Positions 50,592 to 63,163 of a DNA stretch of 64,000 nucleotides are shown here, one piece after another. Each line of letters opens with the position of its first letter. Position 1 is the stretch's first letter. The DNA is from Lingula anatina (Eukaryota; Animalia; Brachiopoda): the NCBI GenBank assembly GCA_051362555.1, contig CM120642.1, forward strand, positions 124,001 through 188,000. Reading direction: 5' to 3'. The position numbers and the translations under genes were made by a program. The notes below the pieces were generated by a model. That model saw only the letters and a list, made by a program, of their open reading frames with translations, was not told the DNA's origin and ran no database searches.

Positions 50592-51119
50592 TTAAATCAA
50601 CTCCGTACTCATGTATCCTGATAGAAGGCTTTGTGCATAAAACTATTCTATTATTACGGTAAAAACTTCAAAATTTTGTCGGAAGACAATTTGCCGCCAA
50701 CGTAATTTTTTTTACACTTTGAAAATGTCGTCGAAATTGAAAATGCGCCTCTCGATAATTTTTAAAAAGTTCGCGTTGTCCAGCTCAAACATGAAGGCAA
50801 TGCGTCAGTTGATTCAAGACAATCATACGATCAGGATATCATTGGCGATAACGCTCTCAATGCGAGATAGGAACAATGGTGCGCCCCTGCGAGCGGCTAC
50901 TCACAATATAAATGGTTTAGATGTGGATTCCCGTTCTCAGTTGCCTTTTGTCTTTAGGCTCTTTGTCAGTTGTAACACCGATATTGTTTTCGACAACTGT
51001 CCTAAATGAGGAAGGCACAATGAAAAAAATCAATATATTATCTCGAAGGGAAATGTACCCGTCTCTTTTATTCATGTCCATTGCGCAATTTAAGACCATT
51101 CAACGTTTACCTAGCTCGT

Positions 51120-51760
51120 AAACATGGAGATCGTTCGCGATCTGAATGGGACGAGAAGGTAATTTTTATATTCGTTCAGGGTACTGTTCGCCTAAGATCA
51201 TCAGCGGGAGATCGTTTGCGATCCGAGCGAGACGAAAAGGCAATTTTCATATTTGTTCAGAGGACTTTGTTGGCGTAAGATCATCAGCAGGAGATAGTTC
51301 GCGATCCGAGCTAGACGAAAAGGCAATTTTCATATTTTCATCGTTTGCGATGTAAGCAAGAATTAAGTGCAATTTTCATATTAGTTCAAAGGACTTGGGA
51401 ACTTCGTTCGTGGTAGATCGTCAGCAGGAGATTATTATTTAAAACCCCTCCCCTTTGAATTTTTTATATTAAATAAATGTATTTTTTTTTCATTTTTTTC
51501 TTTAACTCTCCCTCCCCCGCTCACGGCATATGTTCAGCGGAGAATCGTTCGCGTAATATCGTCAGCAGATCGTTCACGATCCAAGGGAGACGAGAAGACA
51601 ATTTTCAAATTTGTTCAGAGGACTTTGTTGGCGTAAGATCATCAGCAGGAGATAGTTCGCGATCCGAGCTAGACGAAAAGGCAATTTTCATATTTTCATC
51701 GGGAGATCGTTCGCGATGTAAGCAAGAATAAAATGCAATTTTCATATTAGTTCATTATTT
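51120..51760. repeat. Composite internal repeats of a CpG-rich interspersed element (possibly Helentron-derived)
   Basis: Repeated agatcatcagcaggagatagttcgcgatccgagctagacgaaaaggcaattttcatatt motifs; the block at ~51240-51385 is duplicated at ~51600-51755. Confidence 0.7.
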
Positions 51761-52318
51761 TACCCCCCCCCCCCCCCTGGATTTTTTACATACATATATA
51801 TTTTCAATTTATCTTTAACCCCCGTCCCTCCCCCGCACACTGCACTTGGAAAAGGTGGACTCGCCGTAATTTTTAGAAGTTACAGATGGTAAATTAAGAA
51901 GTTTATAATGCAAGGTTGCAATTAGGCTTATCTTGATCACTGTCCTCTATCAGGAGGTATGTTTCTTACCGAAAAGACAATTCTCAACTTACTTTTCGGG
52001 TAAGTTAATATGTATAACTTAATAGAGTTTTATCTGAATGGTACATGTACCTCCCTCCTCCCTAACTTGCACTCTCATGTTAAGCCAGCAAGTTTTTCCA
52101 TCCACAGAGCCACATAATAAATAGATAATTATTTACCACCATGAAAGGACAGGAAGTAGTGCTAAATATCCCACAATATATGAGGGACAAGGATAAAAGC
52201 CGATAAGGATAAAAACCCGAAGGTCGGACTTTTGAAAGATACCCAGCAGCCACTAGCACTAGTACGCATAGATTCCCTGTAGATAAGGTGTATAAAGTCT
52301 GCATTTTGTACGTAATAA

Positions 52319-55300
52319 CTTGGACCTAAATAGAGAAGGACAAGTAACGCGGAGAAAGATCAAAGGATAATCGGCTTAGCGCGAGCTCTTCGCGAAACGA
52401 TGTGCGTTCGGATCACGTGACCTCCCGTACAGGTAGCGAGCATATCGCGGCTGTTGATGACATTTTGTGTCATTTGGACAGGTAGCTGGTGATAACGCGA
52501 GGAAAACGTTCGGGTGGATGAGTCAAGACACTTATAGAGAAAAAATGTAAGTACAATTTCTTTTGCTATTTTGGATGCTAGATGAGAATAAGGTATGTTT
52601 GTTCATGGAGGAATTCAAAATGCCCAATATGGTGAAGGCAATCGTGTTTGTTGCCGTAAAATGAGTGTTTAAAATTGTACAACTGCGGTGTCGAATACTT
52701 GTCTTTAGCAATGATCCGATAGAAAAATATTTCTAGTCTCGAAATTTTACCTCTATGTAAAGGATTAGCCATAGATGCGGCAATAATTTAACCTCAAATC
52801 GTGTTTTGAATTGAAATGACGCAATTCCTCTCCGATTTATTCGACTCGCCGACATCGTTTTAGGTCTGGTATTTTTTACGTACGGTTTAGATAAAGGTGG
52901 CATCAACACCGCTGTGTACTATATGTATAGGTTTATGTTACTTGCTTAAGTGAGCCCGCATTATGGAATGATAATTAATATTTTTAACTCTTAATATGGG
53001 CTCTCGTTGCAACATGGCACCACACATGCAATTGTGACACACAAAAACGCACCTGTGATCCTTTTAATATCCTTTTATCAAAGTTGACATCAACACTGCT
53101 CTGAAGTATATATATATTTACACATTACCGGCTACAGTCAGCTCCGGTCTGAGAATGATAATTATTATTTTTATAACTCTCAATATGGGCTATCATTGCA
53201 ATATGGCACAACACATGCAATTATGACACACAAAAACGCACCTGTGATCCTTTTAATTTCCTTTTATCAAAGTTGACATTAACACTGCTCTAAAGTATAT
53301 ATATATTTACACATTACCGGCTACAGTCAGCTCCGGTCTGAAAATGATAATTATTATTTTTTTGACTCTCAATATGGGCTATCATAGCAATATGACACCA
53401 CACATGCAATTGTTACACACAAAAACGCAACTGTGATTCTTTAAATATCCTTTTATCAAAGTTGACATTAACACTGCTCGAAAGTATATATATATTTACA
53501 CATTACCGGCTCCAGTCAGCTCCAGTCTGAGAATGATAATTATTATTTTTTTAACTCTTAATATGGGCTATCATTGCAATATGGCACCACCCATGCAATT
53601 GTGACACACAAAAAACGCACCTGTGGGCCTTTTAATATCCTTTTATCAAAGTTGACATTAACTCTACTCTGAAGTATATATGTATATTCACATGACCGGC
53701 TAAAGTCTGCTCCAGTTTGAGAATAATAATTATTAGTTTTTCATTTTTAAATTGGATTCCCTAAACAGAATAAAGACGATTGACAAACACCCTCATTGGT
53801 CTTATAGTGAAAGTGTATATGTGGACAGGTACACATGCAAAGTTCATGATTATATTTACTCGGGTAATGGTCAAAAAAGTAGATCTTGATCACATTTGTG
53901 ATAAGTCTCACCTCTGTAATTGCCTTGCTACATTGCATTACCTTGTTATCAGGTGCTTGAAATCTTTGAAATAATCCTGAGACATGCCTTTGGATAGCAC
54001 CTAGCTGGCTTTATCAAATCATCAAAGGGCCAGACGGCTTAGTTACCTGGCTGATAATGATCTAGAAAGTCCATGCCTAACAAGGGAAGTAAATTTAACT
54101 AGAGGGAAAATCTACCTGACAGGTAGAATCTTGAGATGCATTTGATAAGGCTTACCTGTGGCTCAAATGTCCAAGTAGAAGTAAAAAAGGCAATTGTCAT
54201 TTATAGTAGTTTGTGATAAAAACATTCTTATTCTCTTCCAGATTCTCTCACAAGATGTCGGAAAGTTAAAATTGGACAATGCACCATTGCCCAAGAGGAG
54301 ACTCACTAATTAAATATTTGGACAGTAATTCACATAGGTCAATGAGAAATTAGTTTATACCTTTTATAAATAAGTTAATACTACTTGGATACAAATAGGA
54401 AAGAACTCCAACATGACTTTCACAAAAAGAGACAAGACAGGAAAACTGCACATGTATTGTATATTCATCATCACTAGCTTTGTAACAAGCATTTTAAAAT
54501 TTTAATGTTTACTTTTATAATAATAAATATTGGAATGTACTCAAGTTGTTTTATATTTCCTATCTTATAATGAAAAAAAATCAAATGTAAAAAACATGGA
54601 TTATATGTTTAGACAGTTTTTTCTTGCTTGATTGAAATTGCATATTCAATTACCTCAGAATACACTAACTACATGTTTAAAAAATCTGATCCTGATAAAA
54701 TTTATACTCACATTTGATATTGACCCTCTTGCAGTGATATGCGTCTTATTTGTCAAATCTTTTATTATTTAAAGTTGTGTAAAAAAAAAGGAAGTGAAAA
54801 GAAATAAAAAGAAGATTTTTTTAATCAAATATATGCATTTTTTATTACCATAAGATCAGTATTGGTGAAATTAATCTCATATTGTAAACGGGTAACTTTT
54901 AATGAAAAATTAAGCGAAATATAAATGAAAGATAGTTGCTGAATGAAAAAAACAAATATTATAAATACTTATAATAAGTTCTTGAATTACGACTGCTTTT
55001 CAGTTACTGAAAACAGAAAGCCATATTTTGGTACCTGGTGTATTATTTTCTACCAAACTAATACGACAAATCGGACTCTTAAATAACTAATTAAAATTAA
55101 TGTAAACCTAGATGAAATTTCTAATTAAGATCTTAATTGCTAAGTGAAAAAAACCCAAATGTTATAAATGCACAAGATCATACTGTCTGTTTGTTGAAAA
55201 TCTAGGTAATAATTCAAGCTGTAATTCTACTCTTCCTTTTGAGAGACTTTCTCAATCCTTTTTCTTTCGTAGATGCAGACACAGATTCTTGGTACTTTTC

Positions 55301-55882
55301 TTTAAGCTGTCTGCGAAATGAGTGGCCCCTATGGTAATATATAATTTCACAAACATGCTAAAAAGGTCCATTTTTAATTTGTCCGATTCACCAGCAGTCA
55401 GTTCTTGTGTAAATTTGATTGATCTTCCGGGGTGTCACAGCTACTGGTACATGTAGGAATGAGATTTCCGGTCGTTGGGTGCGTATTCCTGTCCTGTCAG
55501 AGACTACCTCACGGACAGGGAAAGGCAGCAGGTATTGAAGACAAACTTCACACCCCGTTTTTATGAGGTAACGGGGAAAAATGCCAAAAACCCCTCAATA
55601 AATTTCCACGTGTTGACGGAAACCTGTGTGCTCGCAACTGCAAGATGGCGGCAATGCTGTATCATAGCAACCACGAGGGACTGCGAGAAATTGCGTTATC
55701 AATGCAGAGAAACAATAGAAATGCACTGAAGCACAGCGCGCGCTACCTTGATAATAAGCTGTTCAGACGCCCGTGGAGCTATCAAAACAGATTATGTGAG
55801 ACAATAGGCGAATGTTTACCTGAACGCACATAGCTTCAAAGGAAGATGCCGCGTTTCTTGTCCTTCTCTATTTAGGTCCAAG
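52319..55882. mobile_element. 3.56-kb non-autonomous TIR DNA transposon with 7-bp TSD gtaataa (P-element-like by TSD length), in the last GBP intron
   Basis: TIR cttggacctaaatagagaaggacaag(t/a)aacgcgg at both ends in inverted orientation; gtaataa at 52312-52318 and 55883-55889. Confidence 0.9.
52966..53740. repeat. ~188-bp satellite, ~4 copies, inside the 7-bp-TSD element
   Basis: aatgataattattatttt...aatatgggctatcattgcaatatggcaccacacatgcaattgtgacacacaaaaacgcacctgtg... recurs at ~52968, 53154, 53343 and 53532. Confidence 0.92.
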
Positions 55883-56242
55883 GTAATAAACACACTTTAA
55901 AGGTCTAATTCAAGGTCACAGCAGGATTCAGCCGTTGCTAAATTAAACGGAAGACTCCATAGGTAATCTCTAGAAAGTCAACGGACAGAAAGCAACGGCA
56001 AACCACTGATAGTGCAGTGTCAGTCATAGAAATGCAAGTCGGTGAAGAGTTTTAACTGCGTAAATATCAAGACATGGACAAAAAGGCAATTACGACGGGG
56101 TTGACTTAAATAAAAGCCTCAATATAATATATCGTATTTGCGAAGTTCAAGCTATCAGGGTACATGTATATGCCCTTAACCTACTATGTTCACATAGGAG
56201 GATAGCCCTGGATGCAAGAGTACTCTTTTTAAACTTCCTAAC

Positions 56243-56425
56243 CTTTTCGAGATTTTCCTGGAACATTTCAAATAATCTTTCTGTCGTCTTTGTATGTTCT
56301 TTCATTTGCCTCAGATTTTCGTCTTGTGCTACTTTCTGCATGAGCTGATTTTCCTTTTCATTCAATTCCAAGATGTCTCTTTGCCTCTTTGCTGCAACCT
56401 CTTCCATTTCTAATCTACAGATTTC
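56243..56425 (-). CDS. GBP exon, C-terminal coiled coil (EICRLEMEEVAAKRQRDILELNEKENQLMQKVAQDENLRQMKEHTKTTERLFEMFQENLEK)
   Basis: ttacag/gttagg boundaries, 183 nt, phase 0 to phase 0. Confidence 0.85.
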
Positions 56426-56684
56426 CTGTAACACAATGGGAGTTGTAAATAACAACTGATAAAAATAGGTGTGCACAGGATTTTGTTTCACATAACTTAT
56501 AACTTACAGTGTAAAACAGAATTTCATAATGTCATTAAATAGAATCAACCTGGGGCTTTTGCACAATGATGACGTCTCAACTCATCGTTACTATATATAA
56601 AGCATCAAATTCCCAGGGTAAGCTACCATAAAATCAATGCTACCCAATTCCCATGGCATTCTAGGAGTAACATAGGGGGCCTAC

Positions 56685-56989
56685 TTTGCACATTTCGAAG
56701 AATTCAGTCATATCGGATGACTGCAGCCGCTCACGCAGCACATCCAACTTCATGGGTCCTATAGCCTGCTGCAGGTAAGACTCCTTTAGTCGGTCTAAGT
56801 CTGATTTCAGTTTTTCCCCTGTGTAGCCATCGGGTATTGGGCTCAGGCGTTGTTTCAATCCATCCAGGAGTTCCTTGAATACCTTCTCACAGTAACGACG
56901 AGACCTGTCACGGTTCTCCTGCAGGTAATGTAGCAGTTCCCCACCGGTGATATCTCCATATTCCTTAGTTTCGTTTGTTTGCCTCTGAA
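56685..56989 (-). CDS. GBP exon, helical domain (..GGELLHYLQENRDRSRRYCEKVFKELL...YLQQAIGPMKLDVL..)
   Basis: attgtag/gtaggc boundaries, phase 1 to phase 0; N..S..YC..L and Y....GP.K..VL pattern of the GBP_C domain. Confidence 0.88.
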
Positions 56990-57130
56990 CTACAATGTAT
57001 GGGGAAAAAAAACTCTTTTCAAACATATTTACTTAAATTGAAATATTTGAAAGTTGACCAAGAGTTGATAGCAATGGTTACCAAATTATCATTTTAATGT
57101 TAAAACATTTATACAGTTTGTTGGTTTTAC

Positions 57131-57437
57131 ATACGAATGATGCGCATACCTTGGACTGATAGAAAAACAAATACAAATGTGTTGAAAGATGCAGACGCCA
57201 AAAGATCGCTCTTTAACAAAATTCGAAAACGACAAGCAAATTTTTTCGGCCACATTATGAGGAATGGGGGTCTCGAGCATGTGATCACTACAGCCAAAAT
57301 CAGTGGGAAAAGAAGCCGCGGAAGACAACGGGAAAAAATGGATGGGACTGGAGACGAGAGTTGACTTGCTGAGAGCCACTCGGGACTGAGATGTGTGGAG
57401 AGACATGATCGCCAACGCTGGCACTGAATGAATGATA
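57131..57437 (+). mobile_element. 5'-truncated RTE-clade LINE 3' end
   Basis: MMRIPWTDRKTNTNVL...IRKRQANFFGHIMR..LEHVITTAKISGKRSRGRQR is the typical RTE C-terminus; ends in a (tgaa)n tail. Confidence 0.88.
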
Positions 57438-57789
57438 CATTTTGTAGCAGTTGTTTTATTTAAATATCTTTGAAAAACGAAATGATTTTCCAACCTACCA
57501 CGTCTTATTGGTATATTAACCTCGTAAAAAAGGGCCAACCCTAATACAATGCGTAATGTGATGAACCAATGCTGTTATCCATCTTCTAAAACGATTTTTT
57601 TTAAATTAATTGATTGTACAACCAATGAATAAGCTGTCCATCGTACAAATATCAAAGCCAAATGATAGTATTTGGTACAGTATTCTCTGGGTTGGAGGAC
57701 ACACCCGACGCGTCTGTGCGAGGTGTCAAAAAGTTGCGTTTGCAGAGTGATGGCGTTCCACATACAATGTATTAAGATAGTATAAGCTC

Positions 57790-57920
57790 GGTTTTTTGTA
57801 GGGTGATCCCTCACTTATCCATTTCTAAGGATATCCCACACATTCTTCATCAGGCTGTGATCTAGGAATTGAGCTGGCCAATGGGGGTATGGATCTGACT
57901 GATTCGCATATAACCAGCCT
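57790..57920 (-). pseudogene. Small Tc1 transposase relic
   Basis: WPAQFLDHSLMKNVWDIL resembles WPAQSPDLNPIENVWDIL. Confidence 0.55.
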
Positions 57921-58333
57921 ACTATTAAATTGGCTGCACGTGTAGCACTTAGTTTTATCATGCTGAAACATAGATGGGTATTCTTGGCCCCTAAATATAT
58001 TCTCAACAAGATTCCTTAAGTTTTTTTTTCAGTACTGAGATGTAAAACCCTGCAATAAGGTTCCCAATGACCACTGTCAGCTCGCCTACACCATAGTAGC
58101 CAATTCACCTCATACCATGAATTACATGGGGTGCATTGGCCACTATCCTGTCGATCAGAGGAAGAAAATTGGGAAGACACATCTTACCAGCTCTCGTTAC
58201 CCCTACGTGTCACTCACTTAATTTTGACAACGTTTAGCCGTCTCTTATTTGAGAACAGGATCATTGCCCAATTGTTGGCAGGAATAAGCAATTTATATAA
58301 GATATTTTATGCTAACATATTCGTTTTCCTCAC

Positions 58334-58473
58334 CTATCCTTGCATTAAAATCATTGAAAAGACGCTCGTTCAAATCTTTTATGTCTATATCTAATCCAAA
58401 TAACTGAAGTTGCCTCTTTAACTCGTTCTGAACATTGTCCATCACAGCATCGTGAATGCTCATTAAGCTTGTT
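58334..58473 (-). CDS. GBP exon (TSLMSIHDAVMDNVQNELKRQLQLFGLDIDIKDLNERLFNDFNARI)
   Basis: tttcag/gtgagg boundaries, phase 2 to phase 1, consistent with neighbours. Confidence 0.85.
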
Positions 58474-58706
58474 CTGAAAAGAAGAAACATTCAATATCCT
58501 GTTTGAGTTGCGTTTCTTCTAGTTGCTGGGTACATACATGTAAGCAATTAGAATATGCAGTTGTTCGTGACACCGGTACCACACGCATTTATTGAATCTT
58601 TCATAATAATTCTAAAAGGTGTAGAAAAACTAAGACTGTACTTGAATGTTCTTTAGAGTGGCATCTACATATATAATTTAATCAAGTTTAGGTGCTTAAA
58701 TCTTAC

Positions 58707-58780
58707 TTTTTAGGGTCATCATCTCTTTCTTCTATAGGGAAGATCTCATATTCTCTGAGGCAGGCCTTGGTGATTGCTTT
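58707..58780 (-). CDS. GBP exon (KAITKACLREYEIFPIEERDDDPK)
   Basis: tatttag/gtaaga boundaries, phase 0 to phase 2. Confidence 0.8.
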
Positions 58781-60169
58781 CTAAATAATGAAAAAAATTA
58801 TATGGTTATAATAGTGTTCAGCTTTCAAAGTTATTTCATCACACCATTTTTCAAACTAATGAAATTTAAATCAGAAAACCAGACATAGACATCACCAGTA
58901 AGTAATAATAATCACAAGTTATTTTAATGACAGTTAACAATTAGAGTTACCTGTATTACCACTACAATATTTTAACGTCTCACAAGACACTTTCATCAGG
59001 GAATGGGGCTACATATGTAAGTTTCCCTTTCTCTTTCGCTGTGTGTGTTTGAAAATGCGTCATTATCTTTTGATAACCATTAAGTAGCAAAGTAAAGATT
59101 ATAGAAACAATGTTTCATTCACTATAACCCCGTATGTCATGACTGTTTTTGATACTTCCTTAAGATAATCTTATTATAATTGTTAGAGGTAGGTATGGCA
59201 TTGCAGAAGCTTAAGCTTTAATGATTGAGTTTAAAGGGGTGATGAGGGCAATTTTTTTCTATTAGATGTTGTTAAGTTTTTGTTGTCCTTAACTTATCCT
59301 CATACTTAAGAGTGAGGTAAACACCACAATTTAATTTAAAAAAATTCAATTTAAATTTCCTTCCCGTAATGTAAGTGGTTTGTATGTTGGAAGAATTTGA
59401 CAGTTTATTAAAGCAAAAGTTATAAATATAAATCAGGAGTAGCATACGTACATTTGGGGTTATCCGAGGACTTAGGGTACAGGGAGTTCAAAGTGTGAAT
59501 CTGTTATTTGGTTAAAGCAATAATAACTCTTCCTTTGAGATTCAAAATTCCGCAAGAAATACATTGTAAACAACGCTATCCCATATCTCGAAAGCCTCGC
59601 AAATCGCGACCGTGCGCCAATAGCGAAATCACCATTAGTTTCGAGGCTATTATGGTAAGGTCGAGATAAGAGTATATTGTGCACTACAATGTAGTTTTAC
59701 TTAACTGATCTCCATGTAGTTTCATTTAACCGCTCTCCTAAAAGCCAGCGTCACAAGAAAGGATGGTTCCATTTGACTGTTCCTGTCGGTTGCCCAACAC
59801 CTCATTGGTAGGAAAATATTCCAGTCTAAGTTTTCAAATCATGTCATAATGGCAAGGTATAGGGAGTTTACTAATTAAAAAGTAATTACTTTGGGATATT
59901 TGGAATTTAATACACTCACAATATATCACACTATCAAAATGGAATAGCATGCTTATTTCTAGACCTAATGGAGCATCAAGAGGCCTCGGGCAAAATAAGC
60001 CACGGACGAAACAGCCTGACTTTTGTTCGTTTTTCTCTCTCTCTCTCTCTCTGTATGTGTGTGTTAGTTTTTTATACCTACGGTTTTTATATACTTTTTA
60101 TACAATTATGATGCATAAATAGTATTATATGGTTCAGTAACCTCCCCGGCTGCAATACAGGCTAGTACC

Positions 60170-60790
60170 CTCCATCCCATGACCGTACAAGACCTCGAAT
60201 TCGGGTTGGGGTATCCTTCGTCACTTTTCCATTAGTGTTTCTCTTAACTCTATGACGGTGGCAGGCTGTGGGTGGGGGTTATATAGTCGTCTTCCCAGTT
60301 CATCCAAGGCATCCTCAATGGAAGAAACGTCAGGATAAAAGCTGGTCACGTGAGAGTCTGGATCTGCTCCTGCTGCAGGTTCGCCTGTGCTCTCCTGGCA
60401 GTATGGGGACGGGCGTTGTTCTCCTGGAGCAAGCGTAGGGTGGGATGTTGGTGCATGGATTGCACAACACTTGTCCTTAGGACCTCTGTATCGATGGTCA
60501 GTCAGATTTCCGTCAATCACCTTGAGTTCTGTCCTGGAATCTTCCCAAAGGCATAACAACTGGCCGACCAAATTGGCCATGTTCAAACATTGCCTCATCA
60601 GAGAACAGTTCATCATTTTGTTTTTTTATGAGAACCCTTCCATCCGAAGTGACAAACAAAACCAGAACTCGTCAGTCAAGAACTGGTTCCACATTGCCAT
60701 TGTCCAGTTTCTGTACTGACTACAGTCTGTGTGGCGTTGGACTGCGGCAAGAGATGGTCTCTGATGCGGTCCACGGCATCTGATATTCCA
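60170..60790 (-). pseudogene. Decayed Tc1-like transposase (DDE domain relic) in a GBP intron
   Basis: Fragments WNQFLTDEF, RTELKVIDGNLTDHRY and YPDVSSIEDALDELGRRL...TVIELRETL match Tc1 motifs; frameshifted. Confidence 0.8.
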
Positions 60791-61192
60791 TATTAAATGC
60801 CAAGTCTCTGTGTTTGGTTTGAGGAATTATTTTGGCTTTGTGCTTCACTACCACCCCTTTTGGCTTACATAATTTTGGCTTGAATTCTTCAAAGCGTCTT
60901 TTGGCTAAATCAAAATATTCGCCTCTTTGCAAGACCACAGATTGAAACTTGTACTATTTGTTTTCATACTTGTTATTAATGAGAATTTTTCAAGTCTAAA
61001 TATCACGCAATTGTTATAAACAAAAGCTTTTGAGTGTTACCTAATAAATTACGTCAATTATTTTATTACAGGACCTTTCAATAAATGTTGCCGACAACGA
61101 CCAAATATCAAGCACCATAAATTTACTTGTGTTTGTCCTTAATTGATACTTTTGATTATGTAAACTAAACATACATAACATATTTCTCGTAC

Positions 61193-61347
61193 CTCCATTT
61201 CCGTGTTGTACTTCACCACCATGTTTCCCAGTATTTTTTTGTGCCTTAACTCTACACTAGCATCCCAGGCACTCTTTATGACAGGTACACCGTCTGGATC
61301 ATTCACAGCTTCAACATAGTGCTGCAACATTGTGGCAAGCTGATCTC
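61193..61347 (-). CDS. GBP exon (GDQLATMLQHYVEAVNDPDGVPVIKSAWDASVELRHKKILGNMVVKYNTEME)
   Basis: ttgtag/gtacga boundaries; YVxAIN...VP.I..AW motif at the start of the GBP helical domain. Confidence 0.92.
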
Positions 61348-61468
61348 CTACAAAATGTGAAAAAGGGTGACCCTAAAACCTAAATTTGAGACCAATTTGC
61401 AATGATGGCATTAATCGTGCACCTTTTTTAAAAGGGGGTGAACAGATCAATCCAAGGAAACACCGTAC

Positions 61469-61721
61469 CTGTTATCTTAGAGTTTACAGCTATCCCTTTC
61501 TTGCATTCTACAGCAGACAGGATGTATTCTATAAACTCTCCCATTCTCTCATTGAATTTTGGTCTGATATCATCAGTATTTGCTGCAATATCTTCCAAAA
61601 CATCTTCATCTCCTGGGCTAGGGAGAACAAATGCCTCCACCTGTTCAAAAGCCCTCAGTATGACCCCTCCTACTTTTTCTTGGTCTGTTTCTTCCTTTCC
61701 CCGTGTGTATTTCCTGAAAAC
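61469..61721 (-). CDS. GBP exon, end of GTPase domain (VFRKYTRG...AFVLPSPG...IRPKFNERMGEFIEYIL...KIT)
   Basis: taccag/gtacgg boundaries; F.LP.P and L.P.F....F..YI pattern of GBP/atlastin GTPases. Confidence 0.92.
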
Positions 61722-61895
61722 CTGGTAGAAAAAAAACTTGTTAAATAATTGTGCAGATATGAAATATGAATGACCATCGAGATGATTAAGTGTGATAAAA
61801 ATGAATGCATTATGCATTATTTTCTGTTTTCAATTTGGATATAAAAAATTAAATTAAGAGGGTGGGCACTCGCCATCAAAGGTGTGTAAACTCAC

Positions 61896-62076
61896 CACTT
61901 CCTTCACGTAGTCAGAGGGTGTCATTTCCTCTCCGGTGTCAGGGTGGACTAACTTCAAATAGACGTCTCGTAAAAGCCACGTGAAGTTTGGAAACACCCT
62001 GCGAAGTGCCCCCATATCTTCTGTAACCTCCTCATTTTCTTTTACCCGAATTTTACCAATAACGTCAGTAAGGACT
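61896..62076 (-). CDS. Guanylate-binding protein (GBP family) exon with G4 motif (..VFPNFTWLLRDVYLKL...MTPSDYVKEV)
   Basis: tatttag/gtgagt boundaries; FPxFxWxLRD is the GBP/atlastin G4 signature; the G1-G3 exons are not in the window. Confidence 0.92.
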
Positions 62077-62528
62077 CTAAATACAAAATAAATTCTTCTT
62101 TTGTATATTTTAGAAAAGTGACCAGTGGATCTTCATCATAAACTTGCAGAATAAAAAATGTGCTACTCAAAAGAACTAAGGCAACACCCGCAATTTTAGG
62201 AAAAAAAAGTTTGACCCATGTTTATTATTTGGCCAAGAAAATAATTTCTGCTTGTTTATTTACGGCGTGTGATGCTAGTAATTGACAGCCACGAGTGAGT
62301 GAGGAGCGGGGAGTGTTTTGTAGAGTAAATGAGTTGATTGGCATGTTGATATGTACTTATACAACTCCATGCAATGTAAACGGAGAGAAGGCTGCTCCAG
62401 ATTGAAAGAGGTAAAGAGAAAAACGAATAGAAACGGCGCGGAAATCAACTGGAAAGTGGTTCATAAATAAGATGAAAGAATAGTAAAGAGTAGTAGCTTC
62501 TACCTAGCGTGACAACTTAAGATATTGA

Positions 62529-62529
<1 letters not shown>

Positions 62530-62582
<53 letters not shown>
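62530..62582. repeat. Poly(A) tract (~53 nt); a second tract lies at 63113-63162
   Basis: Direct inspection. Confidence 0.9.
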
Positions 62583-62583
<1 letters not shown>

Positions 62584-63109
62584 GTTTGACAGCACTAATC
62601 TTGTCAGAAATAGAGGGAACAATCTCCGGACATAACTACACAATCAAGCACATAGTATCCGGAAAGGTGATTGGACAAACAGAAATGAAAGGTAAGAAAA
62701 TTTATTTAGGAGATTATTGTTGAAAACACATTTGCAATATTTACATGACTTTATTGTAGCCAGCTACACTTTCGAATATCATCTAGTAATGTAGTTTTAC
62801 AAAGGCTGAACAATGCAAACTGGACATTATCTAAACAGTTTCACCAGAGGTCAGGAATTTGTGGTGCAAAACTTCAATAGCCGATATTTGCGTTGACACT
62901 GCAAAGTGTAAGACAGTACCAGAATTTGTAGTCCCTTATTCTTCATGTCGAGAAGCAAAATAAGTTTGGTTGCTACTTCCTTACATAATTTCAATAGTGC
63001 CGTCAATGTAGGAAGGAAAATAGAAAAACGACCAGAAGTCGCCTTTAAACGTTTATCCTATCAGAAAAGCACAGCAGGACTAGTGAATACATTTAAGCCC
63101 AAAACATTT

Positions 63110-63163
<54 letters not shown>

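Noticed and set aside
60720-60938. 72-aa ORF as an extra GBP exon
   Set aside because: The flanking GBP exons already join in phase (61193 to 58780), and the ORF overlaps the Tc1 relic
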